Shown here: one piece after another, positions 8,132 to 17,347 of the stretch
Layout: every line of letters starts with the position of its first letter
Numbering within the stretch: the stretch's first letter is position 1
Virus record (IMG/VR): IMGVR_UViG_3300042261_001653
Span: 3,826-67,825 of that record
Reading direction: 5' to 3' (one strand)
DNA length: 64,000 nt
From: a virus
The notes under the pieces: model-generated
Told to the model about the DNA's origin: nothing
Database searches by the model: none
The model's input: only the letters and a program-made list of their open reading frames with translations
Program-made: the position numbers and the translations under genes

Positions 8132-9499
8132 ATGGCATTACAAAAGATCAACGAAGCATTACTACAGGAAATTATAGCCAAGTATCAGTCAGATGAAAAT
8201 TTAAGCCTACTTAAGTTAGGGCAGATGTACAACGTCAATGTTGGAACCATAGAATACCAATTTAAAAAACGAAAAATAGTGACACATGCGAAGTTTAAAC
8301 GAAGCAAAAAATTTACAGAAGAAAAAATACAAGAAGCAATTAAGCTTTATCAAGAAGACGAAACATTAAATTTAACTAATCTTGGTAAACGTATAGGATT
8401 AAATAGAAAAATACTGCGTCATCATTTTTATATTCGCGGCATACCGATTCGGCAATTGCCATACGGCTATAACCGTAGAGAAATGCCTGAAGAGTTAATT
8501 CAAAAAATGATTCGTAATTATACGGAAAACAAGCAATTAACTTTAACGGCATTAGCTAAAAGCTTTGATCTTCCGACTTCTTATGTGTGTAAAGCCTTTA
8601 AAGAAAAAGGAGTAGAACTAGACTTAAAACGTGCCACGCATCCCAGACTAGCTGAAGACGAGCAAAAAGAAGTATGTCGGTTATACATGACAGGTGTAGG
8701 CGCACCTGAGTTATCAAAGAATTTCGATATAGGTCAAGATACGGTTATGAACTATGTTAAGAAACATGGCGGCGTAGGTCGAACTAGATCACAGCGTATG
8801 ACCAAATACAGTGTAGATACTTCTTATTTTGAAAAAATAGATACGCATAACAAAGCTTATTTTTTAGGTATGCTGATTACTGATGGATATTTAACAAGTA
8901 CTTCAAGTATAGGTATACAGCTACAAGCGCAAGATCATAACGTACTAGAATTCTTAAGAAACGACATTCAACTTGAACGGCCGTTGACTTATACAATACG
9001 AAAAAACCGTTGGGCTAAAGAAAGAAACGACCAAGGAGTAGCTATGTGTTATTCCTATATATTATCGATAATGAATGCAGAGTTATATCAGCAGCTATTA
9101 AAATTAGGAATTACACCAAGAAAAAGTTTAACATGTAAATTTCCTTCTTGTGTACCGAAAAAATATCTCATGAGTTTTTTATGCGGTGTATTCGATGGTG
9201 ATGGTTCGCTGCCGAAAGAGTATAAGCGTGCAAAGTATAATTTAGTTTTCTATGTTAGCACCGCTTTTGCAGTGGATTTAAAAAAAGTACTAGATGCCAC
9301 TTTTAATATATCTGCGACCGTTAGACAAGTAGGCAAAATCAGCACAGTGTCAGTGTACCGAGAATGTAGCATATATCAAATATTGAAGCAGTGCTATGCT
9401 AACCTAGACCCTAAAAATTGCGTTCAACGTAAATATTTACGCTTTCTCGAACTACGTAAAAAGCTAATTGAAAAAGGCCGAATTGCTTCAACCGATTAA
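8132..9499 (+). CDS. LAGLIDADG homing endonuclease with four N-terminal HTH repeats
   Basis: AYFLGMLITDG and SFLCGVFDGDGS; four ~57-aa helical repeats (I..Y.....L..L...F/Y.V/L). Confidence 0.85.
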   Translation: MALQKINEALLQEIIAKYQSDENLSLLKLGQMYNVNVGTIEYQFKKRKIVTHAKFKRSKKFTEEKIQEAIKLYQEDETLNLTNLGKRIGLNRKILRHHFYIRGIPIRQLPYGYNRREMPEELIQKMIRNYTENKQLTLTALAKSFDLPTSYVCKAFKEKGVELDLKRATHPRLAEDEQKEVCRLYMTGVGAPELSKNFDIGQDTVMNYVKKHGGVGRTRSQRMTKYSVDTSYFEKIDTHNKAYFLGMLITDGYLTSTSSIGIQLQAQDHNVLEFLRNDIQLERPLTYTIRKNRWAKERNDQGVAMCYSYILSIMNAELYQQLLKLGITPRKSLTCKFPSCVPKKYLMSFLCGVFDGDGSLPKEYKRAKYNLVFYVSTAFAVDLKKVLDATFNISATVRQVGKISTVSVYRECSIYQILKQCYANLDPKNCVQRKYLRFLELRKKLIEKGRIASTD

Positions 9500-12491
9500 C
9501 GTTGATATACTTAGACAAATGGATAATACCTATTTAGTCAATTCAGAGTTAAAGTTTGGAAAGCATAAGCACGACCTTGAGTTTCCAAAGAGCAACGACT
9601 TCTTTTCATTAACCTCGTCACTTATCCCAGGAATAGGTGGCGTTAATGCGGTTAGAGTTTTACTCGGTTCGAAATCAGCGGCCCAAGCAATAACTCTAAC
9701 CAATCGTGAAGCTCCATTGGTGCAAGCCAATGCTGGTGGTGATTCTGAGTCAGCGGTTAAGAAATACGGTAAGTGGTTATGCATACATGCCGCTGATGAC
9801 GGGGAAGTAGCGAGCATTACACCCGATGAATTGATTTGTAAGGAAAAAGGCAAGACCAAGGTATACGAGCTGTACAACAACTACAACGTGGGTCGCAAAA
9901 CCTACATGAGTAACTATCCTAAGGTGGCTATCGGGCAACGTTATAAGAAAGGGGATTTGCTCGCCACGTCCAACTATACAGACGACAAAGGTCAGCTAGC
10001 CCTAGGTATAAATTTAACAACAGCAATCGGTACGGGAAGAAAAGGCGCGGGCTTTGAAGACGCGATAATTTTATCTACTTCAGGTAGTCGCAAACTACAG
10101 TCTGAGCAACAAATTCGGCTGAGTGTAGAAAAAAAGTTTGGAGTCGACGTCAACAAGGGTAGGTACATCTCGCTGTTTCCCAACCGCTTCTTTAACAAGC
10201 AGTTAGATAAAATCGATAGCGACGGAGTAATTAAGGTTGGATCGAAAGTAGAACATGGCGATCCACTAGTCTTAGCGTTCACTCCTAAGGCCGTAAAAGC
10301 CACAGACTTGGCTCTGGGAAAATTGAGTAGCCTATTAAAGAATGCCTATACTGACCACGTAGTAATCTGGGATCACGAAGCGCCAGGTGAAATAGTTGAT
10401 GCTGTAAAAGCTGGCGAGCTTATTTCGGTTAACGTTAGATTCAACAACGCCATGATGGAAGGCGACAAACTCAGTAATCCCTTCGGCGCCAAAGGAACCG
10501 TGAGAATAATTCCAGACGCACAGATGGTTCAGCTTCCAGACGGCACAGTTCCAGATGTATTGCTCAATTCCATGTCAATTACCTCGCGCGTTGCGCCAGC
10601 CCTTGTATTGTCAATGGGCCTAGGTAAGGTTGCGCAAAAGACAGGCAAGCCGCAAATGTTTCCGCAATTTTCGAAAACTCCAAATTTGGCAGAAGTGGAG
10701 AAAACGCTCGAGAAACACGGCGTCAGTGAATTGGAAGAGGTTTACGATCCAATTTCCAATACGCATTTAAAGATGACTGTAGGCCCATTGTATTTTACAA
10801 GGTTAGTTCACAACGCAGAAGATAAGGTTAGCTATAAATCACAAGGGAGTGGCTATACGCTAGACGCCACGCCAGGTAAAACAAATGAAGAGGCAACCAA
10901 AAGAATAGGTAATTTAGGAACCACGGCATTACTTAGTCATGGCAGTGAAGAGGTACTAAAAGATTTCACATTAATTAAATCGCAAAAGAATGATGACTTT
11001 TGGCGGGCTATGAAATTAGGCCAGCCTCTTCCTGTACCTAAAGTGCCGCAAATATTTGAAAAGTTTATTGCTTCGTTACAAGGCGCAGGAATTAAGGTTA
11101 CGCAGCGAAATAATAAATTTCAACTGCTGCCGATGACCAATCAAGATATTGGTAAGATTTCCAAGCACGCCATTGACAATCCACTTACCTACAAGGTTAA
11201 AGAAGATCAGTTGATTCCTGAACCGGGCGGCTTATTTGATCCTGAAAAAACAGGTGTATTCGGTAAGGAGTACAACCACATTGATTTAAACTTCGCTATT
11301 CCTAACCCAATCTCGGAAGACTATTTGCGCAAGGTGTTCAAGGTAACTAAGTCGCAATATGAAAAGATGGTTACTTCGGGTGAGATTAAACAAAAACTAG
11401 AGGCATTGGATTTAACCAAAGAAATAACCAAGTATAAGGAATATCTCAAGTCTGGTCGTAGAACCGACCGTGACGATGCAGTAAAGATTCTTGGGTTTTT
11501 GCAGACCCTTAAGAAAAATAATATAACACCTAAAGATTTGCTATTGAACAAGTTGCCGGTTATTCCTGCTATTTTTAGACCAGTGGTTGCGCAAGGTGAC
11601 ATGACATTATCTGCTGATGTGAACTATCTGTACAAGGACATGATGCTGAATAATAATGCTTTGAAAGATACAGCTAATGTGCCTGAGCACGTGGTCGAGG
11701 AATTGAAGAAGAAGCAATATGAAGGTGCCAAAGCAATTTACGGCTTAGGTGATCCAATCAGCGTTAAAAATCAGGAAAAAGGGTTCAAAGGATTGCTGGC
11801 AAAAGTAATAGGGCTAAAAGGTGTCAGTCCTAAAACTTCAATGTTTCAAACCAGCGTAGTTAATCATTCGTTGGATTTGGTTGGCCGTGGTGTTGCGACT
11901 ACAGATGCCACGTTGCATATGGATGAAGCTGGGATGCCTCAAAACTTAATTTGGAGTCTATACAAGCCGTTCATTATGCGCAGGTTGGTTCAACGAGGGA
12001 TACCGGCAACCAAGGCTACGGAGTATATTGATTCGCGCAATCCATTGGCTGTTGAGGCGCTGCATGAAGAATTAAAAATTCGGCCTGGCATTATTAGTCG
12101 AGATCCAGCGTTGCATAAATTTAATCTTATGGGATTTTATTTAAAACCACACGCAGATCCTAAAAATAGTACTATAGCATTAAATCCATTAGTATTCAAG
12201 GGATTTAGTTTGGACACCGACGGTGATCAAGTTAATACTAATATTCCGGTATTAGAATCAGCACGCCAAGAGGTTATAGATAAGATGCTTCCTTCAAAAT
12301 GCATCGTGCACCATAAGACCATGAGCTTTGCACAAACACCTCAAAATGAAGGAGCTTTAGGGTTATACACGCTCTCTAAGCCATCCAAAAAAACCAAGGT
12401 GCACAAGTTTGCAAATGAAGCAGAGGTAATTAAAGCTTACAATTCTGGTTTGTTGCAACCCGACGATCAGGTAGAATTGGCGAATAAATGA
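9468..12491 (+). CDS. rpoBC: RNA polymerase beta C-terminal part fused to beta' N-terminal part (catalytic subunit)
   Basis: beta: SLTSSLIP..VRVLLG..QA, GFEDAI, GDKLSNPFGAKG, PDVLLN..ITSR, VGPLY..LVHNAEDK. beta': EPGGLFD, HIDL, LPVIPAIFRP, DVNYLY, LYKPFI, SRDPALH, LNPLV..FSLDTDGDQ. Confidence 0.95.
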   Translation: MKKAELLQPINVDILRQMDNTYLVNSELKFGKHKHDLEFPKSNDFFSLTSSLIPGIGGVNAVRVLLGSKSAAQAITLTNREAPLVQANAGGDSESAVKKYGKWLCIHAADDGEVASITPDELICKEKGKTKVYELYNNYNVGRKTYMSNYPKVAIGQRYKKGDLLATSNYTDDKGQLALGINLTTAIGTGRKGAGFEDAIILSTSGSRKLQSEQQIRLSVEKKFGVDVNKGRYISLFPNRFFNKQLDKIDSDGVIKVGSKVEHGDPLVLAFTPKAVKATDLALGKLSSLLKNAYTDHVVIWDHEAPGEIVDAVKAGELISVNVRFNNAMMEGDKLSNPFGAKGTVRIIPDAQMVQLPDGTVPDVLLNSMSITSRVAPALVLSMGLGKVAQKTGKPQMFPQFSKTPNLAEVEKTLEKHGVSELEEVYDPISNTHLKMTVGPLYFTRLVHNAEDKVSYKSQGSGYTLDATPGKTNEEATKRIGNLGTTALLSHGSEEVLKDFTLIKSQKNDDFWRAMKLGQPLPVPKVPQIFEKFIASLQGAGIKVTQRNNKFQLLPMTNQDIGKISKHAIDNPLTYKVKEDQLIPEPGGLFDPEKTGVFGKEYNHIDLNFAIPNPISEDYLRKVFKVTKSQYEKMVTSGEIKQKLEALDLTKEITKYKEYLKSGRRTDRDDAVKILGFLQTLKKNNITPKDLLLNKLPVIPAIFRPVVAQGDMTLSADVNYLYKDMMLNNNALKDTANVPEHVVEELKKKQYEGAKAIYGLGDPISVKNQEKGFKGLLAKVIGLKGVSPKTSMFQTSVVNHSLDLVGRGVATTDATLHMDEAGMPQNLIWSLYKPFIMRRLVQRGIPATKATEYIDSRNPLAVEALHEELKIRPGIISRDPALHKFNLMGFYLKPHADPKNSTIALNPLVFKGFSLDTDGDQVNTNIPVLESARQEVIDKMLPSKCIVHHKTMSFAQTPQNEGALGLYTLSKPSKKTKVHKFANEAEVIKAYNSGLLQPDDQVELANK

Positions 12492-13477
12492 ATTATTTAA
12501 CTGAACAAGATAAACAATACATTATAGAAAATGAAACGAAAATATCCGCCAAAGAATTAGCAGTTAAGTTTAATAAAAAAGTAGGAGCTATCCATCGAGT
12601 ATGGCGAAATAAAAACGAACCACGAAAAAGCAACTGGGGAAAGTTTATAAATTTAGATCCAGCGCCAATAATTGAGACTTATTGCGATGAAGGCTTATCT
12701 AAGCTTGAAACAGGTAAAAAACACGGCGTACCTGAGGGAGTAGTTACACGTATATTAAAACAACAGAACATCCCAATCCGAGATTTAACTGATTCGCATA
12801 AAAAGTACGATCTAAACGTAGACACATTTAAAGAGATCGACACACAAGAAAAAGCTTATTGGTTGGGGTTTTTATACGCAGACGGTTATGTGCACAAAGA
12901 ACGAGGAGAAGTAAAGTTATGTCTAGCAGATAAAGATTATGGGCATTTAGTTAAATATCAAAAATTCCTGCAATCGAATATTCCTATTAAATCAGATAAA
13001 GGTCCAACCAAAATTTTACATCCTTCCAGCAGACTAACCGTGTGCAACCGCAAATTCACAGATCATTTAATCGATAAGGGCTGTACGCAGGCTAAGAGTT
13101 TTACCACAGTTTTTCCAACGTGGCTAAAAGAGGAACTAATACCCGCGTTTATTTTAGGCTTAATGGATGGCGATGGCTGTGTGCGGGTAGCCCAACGGCG
13201 CTGTGCCGTGCAGTTTCTTGGAACATATAAAATAGTCCAACCAATCCACGACTATTTGTTAAAGCACGCAATTATTAAAACACCAAAACGAGTAATGTTT
13301 GACACACAATGTCCTAAGATATATACCGTAAATGTGTATGCCATCGCTGACATCTATGCACTATACGATCACCTCTATTCACAATGCCCTGTTTGGTTGG
13401 ATCGCAAGAAAGCTAGGTTCGAAGAGTTTTTTAAGATGCGTGAGAGTTTAGACATTGAGAAAGCAAAGCGTAAATAG
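12488..13477 (+). CDS. LAGLIDADG homing endonuclease with N-terminal HTH
   Basis: AYWLGFLYADG and AFILGLMDGDG. Confidence 0.88.
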   Translation: MNYLTEQDKQYIIENETKISAKELAVKFNKKVGAIHRVWRNKNEPRKSNWGKFINLDPAPIIETYCDEGLSKLETGKKHGVPEGVVTRILKQQNIPIRDLTDSHKKYDLNVDTFKEIDTQEKAYWLGFLYADGYVHKERGEVKLCLADKDYGHLVKYQKFLQSNIPIKSDKGPTKILHPSSRLTVCNRKFTDHLIDKGCTQAKSFTTVFPTWLKEELIPAFILGLMDGDGCVRVAQRRCAVQFLGTYKIVQPIHDYLLKHAIIKTPKRVMFDTQCPKIYTVNVYAIADIYALYDHLYSQCPVWLDRKKARFEEFFKMRESLDIEKAKRK

Positions 13478-13481
13478 TATT

Positions 13482-13688
13482 ATGGTTACTAGGGAAGAAT
13501 ATTTTGCGGCTTCGCCATTGCAGCAAAGGTTGTGGTTGCTGGAAGCTTTACGGACGTTGGAACAGATATATAAAGGTGAGCATCCTTTAACGGGTACACG
13601 ACAAGCTGGTCGAATAGCTTATATACGAAATCAGATGACTCAATTTGTGTTGAACGTAGCTGAATGGACTGAAAATGAATTGGCTTGA
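13482..13688 (+). CDS. Hypothetical protein
   Basis: Short ORF filling the gap between nucleases; ATG 13482. Confidence 0.45.
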   Translation: MVTREEYFAASPLQQRLWLLEALRTLEQIYKGEHPLTGTRQAGRIAYIRNQMTQFVLNVAEWTENELA

Positions 13689-14409
13689 AAAGATTAACGC
13701 CGATTTAAAGAAGGCGAATCGACAAGAATATAATCGAAAATGGCGGGAAGAGCACAAAGACCATATTAGGCGCACTTGGGCGGTTTACAAAGAAAAGCAC
13801 AAAGAGAGGCTCAAACAACAGCGCAGAGCTAAAAATGAAGCTAGGGCTATCGCTGAAGGGCGGGTCTTCAAAACCAAAGAACAAGGCCAAGCGAATAAAA
13901 AAAGAAAACTAGAGCAAAAAGCAGAACGCGCCAGATTGAAAGCGTTAGAAACACCAGAAATAAAACTCGCACGTAGGTTGCAGCAACTTAAAGATTACAG
14001 AGAACGAAACAAAGAACGCATAAAATTACGCGAAAAGCAAAGCCGGCAACGCAGGCGGGAAAAACTTAAAAACGATCCAGCGTTTAAATTAAATCATGGC
14101 ATTTCTAATGGCATACTAAAGGCGTTAAAAAGAAGTAAAAATAGGTATCATTGGGAAAAATTAGTACCATATACTTTAGACCAATTAAAAGTGCATTTAG
14201 AAAACCAATTTGTGGAAGGTATGACGTGGGAAAATCATGGTAAGATTTGGCATATCGACCATATCAAACCTAGATGCTCTTTTAATTTTTCTTCGCCGCA
14301 AGATGAAGAATTTCAAAAATGCTGGGCTTTAGATAACCTACGCCCTCTTTGGGCCGTAGATAATCTTAAAAAAGCCATTGAAGATAGAAAACTTAAAGTA
14401 AAAAAATAA
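13675..14409 (+). CDS. HNH-family endonuclease with basic coiled-coil N-terminus
   Basis: GMTWEN.G..WHIDHIKP...C..L.NLRPLWA.DN..K. Confidence 0.8.
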   Translation: MNWLEKINADLKKANRQEYNRKWREEHKDHIRRTWAVYKEKHKERLKQQRRAKNEARAIAEGRVFKTKEQGQANKKRKLEQKAERARLKALETPEIKLARRLQQLKDYRERNKERIKLREKQSRQRRREKLKNDPAFKLNHGISNGILKALKRSKNRYHWEKLVPYTLDQLKVHLENQFVEGMTWENHGKIWHIDHIKPRCSFNFSSPQDEEFQKCWALDNLRPLWAVDNLKKAIEDRKLKVKK

Positions 14410-14411
14410 TC

Positions 14412-15053
14412 ATGAATAAGATCGGTTCCATTTTAGAAGATATCGACCAACTTGTTAAACAGGCTTTCATACCTGCTTCGTCTGGCAGCCAAGGTGGAGG
14501 TCAGCTAGGCCAAGCACCACAAGGAGGATCGGATCCGCAACTCCAACAGCTATTACAGCAATTGCCACCTGAAATCGCGCAACAGATATCTAGCCTTCCA
14601 GCCAACCAACAAATGCAAGCGTTACAGCTGATGATGGCTGGCGCTGCACCAGCCCAAGCGCAACAAGATCCAAGCCAGGGTGGCACACAAGCTCCACAAG
14701 ATCCCAATAAGCAGCAAGGACCACTAGAAAGTAAAGGTGAAGTTATTGGGAATCCTCCAACTGATCTAAATGAATCTACAATTAGTATTCGTATTCGTGA
14801 TTTACTTGATCTCGTATCCGGTGGTTCGGCAACGAAGTCTACGTTAAAAGTACAAGAACATGTAGATAAGAATAACATCCGGCAGCAACAACTACAGGCT
14901 AAGCTTAAGCAGGACCAAGAGAAAATGAAAGCTAAGCAGGAAGCGGAAAAAGCTCAAGCAACCATGGCCAGCCAAGGAGGCATGATGGGGCCTGGAGGTA
15001 TTTATGGTCAGGACCCAAGCCAAGGTAATGCACAACCTCAGCAAATGCTCTAA
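14412..15053 (+). CDS. Gln/Gly/Pro-rich low-complexity protein (putative virion core)
   Basis: LVKQA motif followed by QG/QP-rich disordered segments and a coiled coil. Confidence 0.7.
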   Translation: MNKIGSILEDIDQLVKQAFIPASSGSQGGGQLGQAPQGGSDPQLQQLLQQLPPEIAQQISSLPANQQMQALQLMMAGAAPAQAQQDPSQGGTQAPQDPNKQQGPLESKGEVIGNPPTDLNESTISIRIRDLLDLVSGGSATKSTLKVQEHVDKNNIRQQQLQAKLKQDQEKMKAKQEAEKAQATMASQGGMMGPGGIYGQDPSQGNAQPQQML

Positions 15054-15064
15054 ACAAACTAAAT

Positions 15065-15397
15065 ATGGATTTTAACGTGCTTAAATCGTTTCTGGAAAAA
15101 GCGGCTGCGGCTACCCCAGAATTACAAGATACTGTCGGTCAACTTCAGTCTATGCTGGCTGGACAAAACAAAAATCAGCCTACGCCTGAAGGTAAGTCCG
15201 TATTGAACCCGGAATTGAAAAAGAAAAAAGAAATTGAAGACATATTTCTTGGAAGCACGTTAAAAGATCTAGATAAGAAAGAGCAAACGTTATTTGGTCG
15301 CCGCCCCAAGATCAAAACTTCCATGCTGCAGATCATTTGCAAAAAGGCTGCAGATAAAGAATCATTGTTACGCATTCTATGCAAAAAACTACGGTAG
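15065..15397 (+). CDS. Hypothetical protein with K-x-A motifs
   Basis: SFLEKAA, CKKAA; overlaps start of beta'-C. Confidence 0.65.
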   Translation: MDFNVLKSFLEKAAAATPELQDTVGQLQSMLAGQNKNQPTPEGKSVLNPELKKKKEIEDIFLGSTLKDLDKKEQTLFGRRPKIKTSMLQIICKKAADKESLLRILCKKLR

Positions 15398-17277
15398 GTA
15401 AAATACTTCTTAAGTCTCACCTACCCGCCGACCTGCATCCACTCATTGATGAACTGGAGTTGGATAAAAGCGGCACAGGTAAATTGCTATCTGCGCTTTA
15501 CGAGAAGCATCCCAATGACTATGCGACGATTCTATCTAAGTTGCATTTGTTAGGCTTCGATACTTCCGCTAGATTAGGTTCAACAGTATCCATCGCAGAT
15601 TTACATTCACCAATCGACAAAGAAAAAGAATTTGCAGCACTTGAAAAAGAGTTGCAAACGGCCGAAAAGCTAGAAGGTAAGGCCAACCAGGATCGAGAAA
15701 AATTAAAGATATTTGGTCAGTTCAACGATCGCATAAATAAAGCCTTGGTTGACGTTGGTGTAGCTAAAGATCAAACGCTGTCTAAGATTGTAAAAGCTGG
15801 CGCCCGAGGATCACCGACTCAATTAAGGCAGACTATTTTCGCTCCGGTATTGGTAGCGGATCAACAAGGCCACCCAATTCTAGATAAGCCGATTAAAGCC
15901 AGTTATGCTGAAGGCTTAAGTTTACCTGAATATTTACTGTCAGCTTTTTCTGGGCGTGCCGGTTGGGTAGGAACTAAACTATCCATTGCTGATTCAGGTT
16001 TCCTGTCCAAGCAGTTAGCTAGAGGTATCATGCAGCTGCAAGTGGAGGAAACAGATTGCAACACACCTAATGGAATTTCAATTAGTGTAGACGATAAAGA
16101 ATATATAGGTACATTTTTAGCTAAGCCCGCAGGTTCATATAATCGCAACAACGAAGTGACGGCTAAAGTATTGGCGGATCTACGAAATAAAGGCGTATCT
16201 TTTATTGTAGTCCGCAGTCCGATTACTTGCACAGCCAGCAGACATTATCACACAGGGGCTGTTTGTGCCATGTGTTGTGGTAAGCGTGAAAAAGGATTAC
16301 CTAAGATTGGTGACTATGTAGGGCTTACTGCAGCCACTGGAATTAGCGAAGGGTTGTCGCAGGGTAGCTTAAGTTCAAAGCATTCAGCGGGCTCCGTAGC
16401 AACCGCAAATGTGGCTTCTGGTTATGACCTAGCTAAACAGTTGCTTGAAATACCTGAAACATTTAAAGGTAAAGCTGCAACAGCTGCGCATGAAGGTGCA
16501 GTAAAAAATATACATACCAATCCTCAAGGTGGTTCAACTATAACCGTAGCCCAGACTGACGGTAAACAAGCTGATTATTATGTGCCTACTGGTTTGGCTG
16601 CTAAGGTTAAAGTTGGTGACCAAGTTGAAGCTGGAGACGTCATGTCGGAAGGTATTCCCAATCCTTACGAAATAGTAAAGTATAAAGGAATAGGTGAAGG
16701 TCGCAAACATCTAGCCAATGCTCTGCGTGAAGCTGCTGAATCAGGTGGTATATCTGGCGTAAGTAAAAAGAATTACGACATTGCTGCTAGAGGCTTATTA
16801 GACCACGTATTAATTACTCACCCAGAGGGTTTAGGCGACCATGTTCCAAACTCAATAGTTTCTTATCAAGCTATTGAAAAAAATTATACGCCTAGGGAAA
16901 CAGCTAGGAAAACCTTAGTAGACGCAGCCGTAGGTATGTATCTGGAAGAACCAGTACTGCATTTAACCATTGGCACCAAAATTACTCGTAAACTAGCCGA
17001 CTTCTTAAAGAGCCACGGAGTACAATCCGTCATTGCTCATCCGCAGTCACCTGGGTTTGAACCTGAAATGATTAGGTTAGGCGCATTGCCTGAACACGTT
17101 GATGATTGGATGACTGGCTTATATAGTACACATTTGGAACGTAAATTGATGCATGCCGTAAATAATGGAATGACTTCAGACGTAGAAGGTTATCATCCAG
17201 TACCTAGAATTGCTTTTGGGTCTATTGGTGCCAAACGCGCAGAGGAGATAGATCAAGCCCCTTCTTATACGCTCTAA
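15379..17277 (+). CDS. rpoC: RNA polymerase beta' C-terminal part (bridge helix, trigger loop)
   Basis: TTVGKIL, GARGS..QLRQ, SYAEGLSLPEY..S..GRAG...T..SIADSGFLSKQL, DC.T..G, RSPITC..VCAMCCG, GDYVGL.AA.GISEG.SQ.SLSSKH. Confidence 0.95.
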   Translation: MQKTTVGKILLKSHLPADLHPLIDELELDKSGTGKLLSALYEKHPNDYATILSKLHLLGFDTSARLGSTVSIADLHSPIDKEKEFAALEKELQTAEKLEGKANQDREKLKIFGQFNDRINKALVDVGVAKDQTLSKIVKAGARGSPTQLRQTIFAPVLVADQQGHPILDKPIKASYAEGLSLPEYLLSAFSGRAGWVGTKLSIADSGFLSKQLARGIMQLQVEETDCNTPNGISISVDDKEYIGTFLAKPAGSYNRNNEVTAKVLADLRNKGVSFIVVRSPITCTASRHYHTGAVCAMCCGKREKGLPKIGDYVGLTAATGISEGLSQGSLSSKHSAGSVATANVASGYDLAKQLLEIPETFKGKAATAAHEGAVKNIHTNPQGGSTITVAQTDGKQADYYVPTGLAAKVKVGDQVEAGDVMSEGIPNPYEIVKYKGIGEGRKHLANALREAAESGGISGVSKKNYDIAARGLLDHVLITHPEGLGDHVPNSIVSYQAIEKNYTPRETARKTLVDAAVGMYLEEPVLHLTIGTKITRKLADFLKSHGVQSVIAHPQSPGFEPEMIRLGALPEHVDDWMTGLYSTHLERKLMHAVNNGMTSDVEGYHPVPRIAFGSIGAKRAEEIDQAPSYTL

Positions 17278-17347
17278 TTATCTTTTCAAATTAAATAAGA
17301 CCTAGCAAATCAGCCCTTTATATTGTAAGATTATTTAAGAAGTATTT

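Noticed and set aside
12488-15378. Group I intron joining the beta' halves
   Set aside because: Both halves have their own start and stop, the gap is filled with overlapping ORFs including K-x-A proteins, and I see no intron core.
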